This document shows, in pieces, positions 9,103 through 16,638 of a stretch of 64,000 nucleotides of DNA. The position numbers were made by a program, and so were the translations under genes. The notes below the pieces were generated by a model that saw nothing but the letters and a program-made list of their open reading frames with translations, was not told the DNA's origin and did no database searches. Every line of letters starts with the position of its first letter. Positions within the stretch are counted from its first letter, which is position 1. The stretch covers positions 20,501-84,500 of the forward strand of contig CAZLFV010000002.1 in the NCBI GenBank assembly GCA_964558915.1, given 5' to 3'. The stretch is from an uncultured Eubacteriales bacterium. Lineage in GTDB: Bacteria > Acidobacteriota > Aminicenantia > Aminicenantales > UBA8522.

Positions 9103-10176
9103 TTATGTCTTGGGCGCAAGGTAGGTGAGCGCCGTCATGACGATAATGTAAAGCAAAACGATGCCTCCTGCGATCGAAAAACCCGGGCTCTTCACCTCCC
9201 GGCCAGACCTCCGGTCAAGATAAGGAACCAACATCCAGAGCAATCCACCCAGCATGAATCCAAGTATGGCCAGGACCTCGCCTTCCAGGGAGAAAATATG
9301 AGCGGGGATGATTTTAAGAGTCGTGAACATGAATGTAAAATACCATTCTGGCTTGATACCGGCCGGCGTCGGGGCAAAAGGGTCTGCTTTTTGACCTATT
9401 TCCCAGGGAAAAAAAACACAGATGACCCCGATAGCGGTCAGGACGAGAAGCCAGCCCAGCGCATCTTTAAGGATGAAGGCGGGGAAAAAAGAAATTTCCT
9501 TTGTCTCGGAGACCCCGATGGGCTTGCTCATCCCCAGGACCTGGACCAGGAAGATATGGATCCCTATGAGGACAAGCGCAACAGCCGGCAGGATAGCGAC
9601 ATGAAGCCAGAAGAATCGGCTCAGTGTCGCGCCGGAAACCTCCGGGCCTCCGAGGATAAACGTCTTGAGGGCTTTGCCGACGACAGGGACAGCTCCGGCG
9701 ATGTCCGTTCCTACCCGGGTGGCGAAAAACGAGAGCTCGTTCCAGGGGAGAAGATAGCCGCTGAACCCGAAAGCCAGGAAGAAGAGAAGCAGGAAGAACC
9801 CGCTGACCCAAGTGAGATCCCTCGGCGGTCGGTAGGCTTTCAGGAAGAATGTGCTGAACATGTGGATGAATATGACTCCGATCAGGATGTTGGCCGTCCA
9901 GCTGTGGACAGAGCGGATGAGCCACCCGAATTTGACCTGACTCATGATAAACACGATGCTTTCATGAGCCGCGTCGACCGAGGGAGTGTAATATAGCAGG
10001 AGGAGAATTCCCGTAATGACCTGCACGGAAAAAAGAAAAAGGCACAGCCCGCCAAAGTAATACCAGAAGGAATACTTATGCTCTGGGACTTTTTTTTTCT
10101 TGCCGAATTCAAGCAGGGCGGAAAATTGGAATCTGGATTCGAGGTAGTCGGTGGCCTTCCTAATGAGTTGGCTCAT
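9103..10176 (-). CDS. Cytochrome b of a Rieske/cyt b complex (b6 plus subunit IV fused type)
   Basis: Colinear with cytochrome b6: FGWLIRSVHSWTANILIGVIFIHMF and RFFWLHVAILPAVALVLIGIHIF supply the four haem-b His ligands. The Qo-site PEWY motif is present in the C-terminal part (IKPEWYFTFMF). Start set at MSQLIRK (10176), just after the Rieske stop. Confidence 0.9.
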   Translation of the reverse strand: MSQLIRKATDYLESRFQFSALLEFGKKKKVPEHKYSFWYYFGGLCLFLFSVQVITGILLLLYYTPSVDAAHESIVFIMSQVKFGWLIRSVHSWTANILIGVIFIHMFSTFFLKAYRPPRDLTWVSGFFLLLFFLAFGFSGYLLPWNELSFFATRVGTDIAGAVPVVGKALKTFILGGPEVSGATLSRFFWLHVAILPAVALVLIGIHIFLVQVLGMSKPIGVSETKEISFFPAFILKDALGWLLVLTAIGVICVFFPWEIGQKADPFAPTPAGIKPEWYFTFMFTTLKIIPAHIFSLEGEVLAILGFMLGGLLWMLVPYLDRRSGREVKSPGFSIAGGIVLLYIIVMTALTYLAPKT

Positions 10177-10177
10177 T

Positions 10178-10603
10178 CTAAGATTTCTTCGAGACAAAAA
10201 TATCGCCGCTCCCTACCTCGATTTCGTAAGCCTCCAAGGGGCGCGGCGGCGGACCGGATATGACATTCCCGGCTAGGTCAAACCGGCCGTTGTGACAGGG
10301 GCAATAGAGGGTGCCGGTGTCGCTTTCGTAGCTCACGGTGCAGGTCAGGTGAGTGCACACGGCGGAAAAAGCCCGGAGCTGACCGTCGGCAGTATTGATT
10401 AACAGCGCGGGAGAGGACCCGAATTTGAACAGCTTGGCGGAGTTGGGCGCCAGCTCACCCACTTTGGCGGCGGCGATTTTCCTGGCCACGGCTTCAGCCT
10501 GGCGCGGAGGAATGAGATACCGGACGATGGGATAAAGAAGGGAAGTCGCAGTCCCCAGGAGAGACCCTCCGAGAAAGAAATTGACGAACTTTCGCCTCTT
10601 CAT
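10178..10603 (-). CDS. Rieske 2Fe-2S iron-sulfur subunit
   Basis: The two Rieske boxes CTHLTC and CPCHNGRF are present. N-terminal MKRRKFVNFF is twin-arginine-like and is followed by a TM helix. Confidence 0.9.
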   Translation of the reverse strand: MKRRKFVNFFLGGSLLGTATSLLYPIVRYLIPPRQAEAVARKIAAAKVGELAPNSAKLFKFGSSPALLINTADGQLRAFSAVCTHLTCTVSYESDTGTLYCPCHNGRFDLAGNVISGPPPRPLEAYEIEVGSGDIFVSKKS

Positions 10604-10607
10604 TTTC

Positions 10608-12593
10608 CTATTTTTCTCCGATAGATTTTACCTTTTGTTTGAGTTTTGTCAACAGCCCTTCAATGAACTGAGAGTTGTGGACCGAGAGGCTGCCGTCATT
10701 TTCGAGCATCCTGAGCATCTCCGCAATTTCAGCCAGTTTGGCCCGGTCGTACTCACCCAGGTCGAGCCTTTTCTTTTCCTCCATGCCGGCGAGGAGCGAT
10801 TCCCGCTGCTTTTTATAGGCATCCTGCCATTTTTCAAATATCTTCTTGTAGCTCTCCTCATGGCAATTCGAGCAGGTGGAGCTTCCGGCCGGACGCAATT
10901 GTCCTTTTTCCTGGCTGTGGCAATCAGCGCAAGCGACGTTGGCCTCGGCCATCATGTCCTTGGGGACTTCCCAAGCGGCCAGAGTCCCCCCCGCATAGAG
11001 TGTCTTTTGCAGGACATGGCACCTTCCACAGTCTGTCTTGGGATCCTGGTGGTGGCAAGCGGCGCACTGTTTTTTGGAGCCGATGAACTCCCCGTGTTTT
11101 TTCGCGTTGGAATGGCAGGTCGAACACTCCATTTTCTGGCTGACGACATGCGTTTTATGGGGAAAGGAAAGCCCGTAGAGCTGGCTGTTGATCTCTTCGA
11201 TCCCGGCATGGCACTGGGAGCATTGCGAGGGAATGTCTTGTGTTTTGGGCAGGAATCTTTCGGGCGTGTAAGAGGAACCGATGAGCTGGAGCGCTTCCTC
11301 CATATAGGCAAAGGCAGCCTGAAGCAGTTCCTGCGAGTAGGCCATGTTATGGACGCTCTTGCCTCTCTCAACGACGTCGATATTGAAAGCCGCATCGTCC
11401 AGCAACGACCCAGCCTTTTCCCGATGGGGGACCTTGCTCATTCTTACTTCCTGGGAAGACCTTTGATAGATCCTCCTGATCTGGTTCAGCCTTTTCTCAG
11501 TCGAGACCTGCCAGTTCCGGAGGATTCGGGCGAATCCTGTTCCGTGACAGGATTCGCAGGCCTGCTCCTTGGAGATCATGGTCTCGCTCTTGACCAGCTT
11601 GCCGCCTGCTTCCTCATGAAACATGTGGCAGCCCTTGCAGCTCAGTCCTTTTTCCAGCATGACATTGGGCAGCGCGTGGGCAACGCCTTTTCCGCCTTCC
11701 CCTGTGTAGAGGATCTTTTGGGCCTGATGAAACCCCGTATGGCAGGTCCGGCAATCGGCGATTGTTTCGATATCTTTAACGATTTTGTGCTGGATCTGGA
11801 GATGGCATTGGTTGCACTCAATCTTATGGGCTGTGATATGAGTCGAATGGATCAAATCTGTATCAGAATATTGATCCAGCCTTTCTTTCTCAAAATGGCA
11901 CTTGTAGCAGTTTTCGCGAGGGACGGCTCCGTCGCCGACAATGACCTGACTGTGGCACTTATCGCAGTTGAAGCCCTTTTCAAATACGAGAGTGTGGTCG
12001 AACCGGGATCCCTTTTCTGATATCAAATCCTGCTGGATGTGGCAGTGGGAGCACTCGCCGATCTGGGGGTAGTGTTCGCTCTTTTTAAAATGGCAGATAA
12101 AACATGTCGATTCTGTGACAGTTATGTGCTCCCCTTGAACGATCTGGGAATGGCAGCTTGTGCAGCGGAGCTTCTTTCCTCTTTTCAAATCCTCGAAGTG
12201 GATCTTGTGGTCGAAGACGACCGTCTTGAATTCCACCCGGCCCTGGAGAAGCCTGGTGTCGTGGCAGCCCGGACGGAGGCAGCTTTCATCCGGAATCTCT
12301 GCCCAGGGTCTGGACTTGAGGTAAAGCTTGCTCCAATACCGGCCCAGCTGCATCAGCCCCTCCACTTTTGCCCTGAAGAAAGATTTCAACCCTGGAGGAT
12401 AATGGCAGACGCTGCACTGGATGGTGCCGTGGGAAGAGGTTTTCCAGCTCTGATAGAAGGGCTTCATGTAGTGGCAGGTCGAGCAGAACCGGGATTGGGA
12501 CGTGATTTCTGCCGCGGCGATGAAAAGAAGCAGGAAAAACGCAAGACCACAAAGGAATATCAGACTCCTTTTCTTGGTGATCCGTATCTTCAT
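10608..12593 (-). CDS. 18-haem c-type cytochrome with N-terminal NapC/NirT-type membrane anchor
   Basis: N-terminal TM helix followed by SRFCSTCHYMKPFYQSWKTSSH, a NapC/NirT-like signature. 17 CxxCH plus CLRPGCH (CX4CH, nt 12261-12281) in 661 aa. Confidence 0.85.
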   Translation of the reverse strand: MKIRITKKRSLIFLCGLAFFLLLFIAAAEITSQSRFCSTCHYMKPFYQSWKTSSHGTIQCSVCHYPPGLKSFFRAKVEGLMQLGRYWSKLYLKSRPWAEIPDESCLRPGCHDTRLLQGRVEFKTVVFDHKIHFEDLKRGKKLRCTSCHSQIVQGEHITVTESTCFICHFKKSEHYPQIGECSHCHIQQDLISEKGSRFDHTLVFEKGFNCDKCHSQVIVGDGAVPRENCYKCHFEKERLDQYSDTDLIHSTHITAHKIECNQCHLQIQHKIVKDIETIADCRTCHTGFHQAQKILYTGEGGKGVAHALPNVMLEKGLSCKGCHMFHEEAGGKLVKSETMISKEQACESCHGTGFARILRNWQVSTEKRLNQIRRIYQRSSQEVRMSKVPHREKAGSLLDDAAFNIDVVERGKSVHNMAYSQELLQAAFAYMEEALQLIGSSYTPERFLPKTQDIPSQCSQCHAGIEEINSQLYGLSFPHKTHVVSQKMECSTCHSNAKKHGEFIGSKKQCAACHHQDPKTDCGRCHVLQKTLYAGGTLAAWEVPKDMMAEANVACADCHSQEKGQLRPAGSSTCSNCHEESYKKIFEKWQDAYKKQRESLLAGMEEKKRLDLGEYDRAKLAEIAEMLRMLENDGSLSVHNSQFIEGLLTKLKQKVKSIGEK

Positions 12594-12638
12594 TCAATAT
12601 CGCTTTCTTCGATGGTCCGGTTGAGTCTGCGGCTGCTC

Positions 12639-13457
12639 TTAAGCATAGCTATGCAACCCCGCCAGCAGGTAATTCACGCCAAAGTAGGTGAACAGGGCGG
12701 CGAGAAATCCGATGATGGCGATGGCGGCCGACCGCCGGCCCTTCCAGCCCATGACGATCCGGGTGTGGAGATACAGGGCAAAGACAAACCAAGTAATCAG
12801 GCTCCAGACCTCTTTCGGGTCCCAGCTCCAATAACTTCCCCAAGCCTTGTAGGCCCAAACCATGCCGAAGACAAGGCCGCCTAGGGTGAAGAGAGGAAAA
12901 CCGATGGCAATAGAGCGGTAGCTGATCGAGTCCAGTTTTTCCGCTGTGAGCGCTGATTTCGCCGCTTTCCCTCTTCGTTCCTTGGCGTCGGCCGCAAGGT
13001 ACATGATGCTCGTAATGAAAGCGATGGCAAAAAAGGCTTCGCCGATTAGGGTAACAGAGACATGTAGCCAGAGCCAGTAACTCTGCAGCGCCGGAACTAG
13101 AGGAGTCGTCTCTTTCGGCATGAGAGGCGAAGACGCCAAAGCCATAAGGGCGATGACAATGAGCATCAGGTAGCCGGCCGGTCTTTTGACCTTGTATTTT
13201 GCCTCAATAATAACAAAGGCCAGGATGGACGCCCAGGCCAGAAAAGAGAGGGACTCGTACATGTTGGTGAAAGGCGCATGGCCGCTTTCCACAGTCCTCA
13301 AAATGAGGGCCAGCGTATGGACGAGGAGGCCGGTCAAAGCCACAGAGAAACCAATCCTGGCCCTGTTTTCCTTATTGGAGAAAAGATGGGAGAAATAGAA
13401 GGCAGCCGCTAAAGCATAAAGGATGAAGGCGAGCAGAAAAAAAGTGGATTCGGTCAT
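12639..13457 (-). CDS. ccsA: System II cytochrome c biogenesis protein CcsA/ResC (haem export and ligation)
   Basis: Polytopic membrane protein with the WWD-type motif WGSYWSWDPKEVWSLITW. 4-nt overlap with resB. Confidence 0.9.
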   Translation of the reverse strand: MTESTFFLLAFILYALAAAFYFSHLFSNKENRARIGFSVALTGLLVHTLALILRTVESGHAPFTNMYESLSFLAWASILAFVIIEAKYKVKRPAGYLMLIVIALMALASSPLMPKETTPLVPALQSYWLWLHVSVTLIGEAFFAIAFITSIMYLAADAKERRGKAAKSALTAEKLDSISYRSIAIGFPLFTLGGLVFGMVWAYKAWGSYWSWDPKEVWSLITWFVFALYLHTRIVMGWKGRRSAAIAIIGFLAALFTYFGVNYLLAGLHSYA

Positions 13458-14809
13458 TTGCGTATCCTGAGAGAATTGATGATGCTTTCAAATTCCGTTT
13501 GAAAGGCCTCCCGGGCTTTGACGGAAATTCCGCCGGCCGTGACCTCTGTCTTCCCCTGGCTGTCCTCTAAAATAATCTTTAACTCTCGTGGCGGCCAGTA
13601 AAAGGCCAGGCCAAGCCCCACCATCAGCAGGACGCAGCCGACCCAGATGAGCGAGACGCCCGGGTCCTTGGCCACGTGAATAACTGAGTAGCTCGGCGCC
13701 CGGACATCTTTGAGTTCGAGAGTGATATCTGCTTCCTTGGCGCCGGAGTGGAGACGCGAAAAATCCGGGAACCTGGCGAAAATCCAGCCGGAGAACACCT
13801 TTTCTGTTCCTATCCAGCCTTCGATGAAGGCCGCTGGATTATTGGGCTCGAGCGAGCGGCTGGCCGGCTGGTTTTTTTCGTCCAGGACGAAATCAGGGAT
13901 GAACCGGACGGCGTTGAGCACAAGGGATTCACCGTTCAGGGCCGTTTTCTCGCCGATTTTCAGCCAGGCCTTTTTAAGGTAACTTGGGTCCGGCTTTTTC
14001 TTCACCCAGACCTCGAGCGACGGATGGTCCCAATCCGAACCGTAGCCGCTTTGATAAAACACGTAGCCTCGATGATTGAGGGGAGAGTTGACTTCGACTG
14101 TTTTTTGGAAGAGGGGCTTTCCGGCCTCAGTCACAGTGAGGAGGCTTTTCCAATCCTTGACGCTTCCGTTAGGATAGTATTCCGTCACGAATTGATCCAG
14201 CCGGACAGTAAAATCCGCCCCCGGGACTGAAAGAGTCCGGCCTTCGGTAAAGGTGAGGTCCTGGCGGAAACTGCCGAGCCCGCTGGCAATTCCGCCGGCC
14301 AAGATCACCAGGAGGCCCAAGTGGACGACATCAGACCCGAACCAGCCGAGGACCCTCTTCCGGGCGGTCAGGCAAGATCTATTATCGGTTCTGACTTCCC
14401 TGAGCCGGTAGCGCCGGCGGCGGAGTTCCTTCTTGACCATTTCTCTGGTTTCGGCGGCGGACAAACCGACTTTGAACTTGTCCTTGATTTTCAAAGCGAG
14501 AATGTTCTTGGGTTCGGTCTCCAACTTGGTCTGGAAGGTCCGCCGGAATTTGGGAAAGAGCCTTTCGAGCGTGCAGACGATGATATTCACGGCAAAGAGC
14601 GCAAGCAGGCCGACAAACCAGAAGGACTGATACAGCCTGGTGAACTGCAGGCGCTCAAGAAGCGCCCCGAGCTGGCCATAGCGGACAAGATATTCCTGGG
14701 TGCTTCTTCCCTGGGGGATTAGCGTTCCGACGATCGAGGCGCAGATGAGGATAATCAGTAGGGTGATGGCCACCCGGACCGAAGTGAAAAAATTGAGCAG
14801 GGCTTTCAT
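13454..14809 (-). CDS. resB: System II cytochrome c biogenesis protein ResB/Ccs1
   Basis: 451 aa. N-terminal MKALLNFFTSVRVAITLLIILICASIVGTLIPQG is a typical ResB start. Large soluble loop and C-terminal TM helix; coupled to ccsA. Confidence 0.85.
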   Translation of the reverse strand: MKALLNFFTSVRVAITLLIILICASIVGTLIPQGRSTQEYLVRYGQLGALLERLQFTRLYQSFWFVGLLALFAVNIIVCTLERLFPKFRRTFQTKLETEPKNILALKIKDKFKVGLSAAETREMVKKELRRRRYRLREVRTDNRSCLTARKRVLGWFGSDVVHLGLLVILAGGIASGLGSFRQDLTFTEGRTLSVPGADFTVRLDQFVTEYYPNGSVKDWKSLLTVTEAGKPLFQKTVEVNSPLNHRGYVFYQSGYGSDWDHPSLEVWVKKKPDPSYLKKAWLKIGEKTALNGESLVLNAVRFIPDFVLDEKNQPASRSLEPNNPAAFIEGWIGTEKVFSGWIFARFPDFSRLHSGAKEADITLELKDVRAPSYSVIHVAKDPGVSLIWVGCVLLMVGLGLAFYWPPRELKIILEDSQGKTEVTAGGISVKAREAFQTEFESIINSLRIRK

Positions 14810-14879
14810 GCCGCATCCTTGAGTCGTCTGTTTAATAACTACTAATTATATCGGAATACTCAATTTTTGGCCATCCTCT

Positions 14880-16115
14880 CTAGGTGCGGCCTTTACGCAT
14901 CTCCGCTGCGAGAGTCTGGATCTCTGTGAGCGACCGCCTCATTTCGCTCCAACCGTACCAGAGAGCGTAGTCCGGATTGGCATGAAAAGTCCCCTGAAAA
15001 GAGCGCATCCGGTGTTCGAGAAACATGACGAAGAGCTTCTGCTCCACTTCGGTTGGCGCGTCATGGAAAGTCAGAAGGTCGGGAAACCGATAGGCGTAGC
15101 TTGCCGGTTTCGGCAGGATGCCGTCCTGGTAAAGGGAGGCGACTTCTCGGATGGCCTCGGCCATCAGATGGTCGACTTCTTTGATCATCTCATCGCCTTT
15201 TTTGAGCTCTCCTTTGGCAAAATTCGCGCTATGGCAACTGGTGCAAATCCCGATCATCTTGTCCCGTTCTTTCTGCCAGGCTTCCTGGGTCAGACGGGCG
15301 ACGTCGGCCGCCTTGACGACATCAAGCCTTGGCGTGGGGTTACCGCTCGGGTCCAGAACGCCGAGAGCCTGAAGAATTGTGGCTCTGTCTGCAGCCCATT
15401 GCCTGTCCTCAGGCATCGGCAGCCGCACGGCCAGAAATCCCCAGGCAGTCCGGACTTCGTGGTTTTTCTCCTGCATATGGCAGGTCTGGCAGGAGGGCGC
15501 GGCAGTTGATTCGGGGAGGATTTTATTTTGTTTCAAGAGAAAGCGGACGCCGTGCTTGGAAGCGGAGTACATCTCCCATTGAGGATGATCGAAGCCCATA
15601 TGGCAGGTCTGGCAGGCTTGGGGCTGCCGGGCTTCGGTGACGGAAAAAATATGCCGCGTATGGCAGGCGTCGCAAGAGGCCCGGCCGAACCCTGCGCCGG
15701 CCTTATCGAGCTCCGCTATTTCCGCCTCTGTTTTCAGCCCGATCTTGTGGCATCCGCCACAGCCCTTCATTCCTTCCATCATTGCCACGGGCTGAGCGTG
15801 CGCTGTCGGCATGGCTTTCATCGCCGCCCAGGCCAGGGCGTGCTTGCCCCGCTTGAACTGGTTCACCTGGTCTTCGTGACAGGCAGCGCATGTTTCTGGC
15901 GTAGGGATCCCGGCCTTGGCAAAGTCCAAGGCGGTCTTGTGTCCTTCGCCGTGGCAAATAGAACAGCCCACCTCATTTTTGCTGTGCTCGCTCAGCAGCC
16001 AATCGCTGACGATGTAGGGTGTGGCCTTTTTATGACACTCCATACATTCCTGACCAAGGAGCGCCGGCGCAACAAGAAAACTCAAGAAAATCCCCACGAC
16101 GATTCTTCGCTTCAT
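14880..16115 (-). CDS. Octahaem cytochrome c of the hydroxylamine oxidoreductase (HAO) family
   Basis: 8 CxxCH: CMECH, CSICH, CAACH, CGGCH, CDACH, CQTCH, CQTCH, CTSCH. HAO-family spacing and landmarks are present: CDACHTRH, CQTCHMGFDHPQWEMYSASKHG, and a C-terminal helical domain after haem 8. Has a signal peptide. Confidence 0.8.
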   Translation of the reverse strand: MKRRIVVGIFLSFLVAPALLGQECMECHKKATPYIVSDWLLSEHSKNEVGCSICHGEGHKTALDFAKAGIPTPETCAACHEDQVNQFKRGKHALAWAAMKAMPTAHAQPVAMMEGMKGCGGCHKIGLKTEAEIAELDKAGAGFGRASCDACHTRHIFSVTEARQPQACQTCHMGFDHPQWEMYSASKHGVRFLLKQNKILPESTAAPSCQTCHMQEKNHEVRTAWGFLAVRLPMPEDRQWAADRATILQALGVLDPSGNPTPRLDVVKAADVARLTQEAWQKERDKMIGICTSCHSANFAKGELKKGDEMIKEVDHLMAEAIREVASLYQDGILPKPASYAYRFPDLLTFHDAPTEVEQKLFVMFLEHRMRSFQGTFHANPDYALWYGWSEMRRSLTEIQTLAAEMRKGRT

Positions 16116-16167
16116 GATGCACCTCCTCGACGGGGATAGAAGCCGCTGCTTGAAATTGGCGGATTAC

Positions 16168-16196
16168 TCTATAGCATCGCCCGCAGGAAAAGTCAA
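16168..16196 (-). promoter_or_regulatory. Sigma70-type promoter P2 for the HAO / maturation / Rieske-cyt b module
   Basis: Minus strand reads TTGACT (16196-16191), a 17-nt spacer, then TATAGA (16173-16168). It lies about 45 nt upstream of a GAGGAGG ribosome-binding site and the ATG at 16115. Confidence 0.5.
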
Positions 16197-16218
16197 AAAA
16201 TTGGCGGTAAGCATCTTC

Positions 16219-16584
16219 ATTTCCGTAAGCATTCTGCTTTAGAATAGGGTCCTGCCACGACTTCCCCGCCAGGGGGAGGAGGCGAGGGATGATGTGGTGA
16301 GAAGTCCGTATGAGCGACGAGCGGGCGTCGCGAGGCATCGAAGATGCCGTGGCGATCTCAGTTTGAGATTGCTTCGCTGTCGCTCGCAATGACAATCTTG
16401 ATTTGCGCAAGCAAATCAGGGGGTTCCAAGGGGGATGGCCCCTTTGGTCGCAGAGCAAAGCTCGAGAAGGGGAGGCAGGGAGCGCAGCGAACGTTGGAAG
16501 GGGGAACGCGGAGCGTTCTCCCTCCAAGAAACCAATGTGGGAAATCGCAGCTTGACTTCGAACCACATCTCCCGAGCCTCGTCG
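16219..16584. repeat. MITE-like structured interspersed repeat, copy A (left arm, core and a ~140-bp internal insertion; right arm missing)
   Basis: 16272-16396 matches 35829-35953 with 4 mismatches in 125 nt. 16537-16584 matches 35964-36011. 16397-16536 is present only in this copy. The left arm 16219-16262 is about 81% identical to the reverse complement of the right arm of copy B. Confidence 0.8.
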
Positions 16585-16638
16585 GGGCCCCCCGCCCCGT
16601 CGCCCTCTGCTTATCATCTCTAATTACAGAAATGGATC

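Noticed and set aside
10581-12020. Long plus-strand ORF (479 aa) antisense to the 18-haem cytochrome gene. Similar shadow ORFs occur at 9037-9996, 20699-21850, 26231-27535, 29997-31313, 49841-51223, 34899-35546 and others.
   Set aside because: Each lies entirely opposite an ORF with unambiguous family motifs. Each has Arg/Gly/Pro/Leu-rich low-complexity composition, no motifs and no ribosome-binding site. These are typical antisense open frames in GC-rich coding DNA.
14880-16115. Calling the octahaem a bona fide hydroxylamine-oxidising HAO, which would imply nitrification or anammox metabolism.
   Set aside because: Only family membership is visible. The cross-linking Tyr cannot be assigned without an alignment, and no amo, hzs or nxr genes are in the window. 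The annotation is kept at family level.
16545-16575. GGTTCGAA-like string (minus strand) inside the repeat that resembled a tRNA T-loop.
   Set aside because: The flanking bases cannot form a T-stem. No acceptor or anticodon arm can be drawn. Copy B has substitutions that are not compensatory.
16030-16617. 195-aa minus-strand ORF spanning the intergenic repeat and overlapping the HAO gene start.
   Set aside because: It reads through the MITE-like repeat, promoter P2 and the first codons of the HAO gene. Its sequence is low-complexity, and the equivalent frame in copy B is not conserved as an ORF of similar extent.
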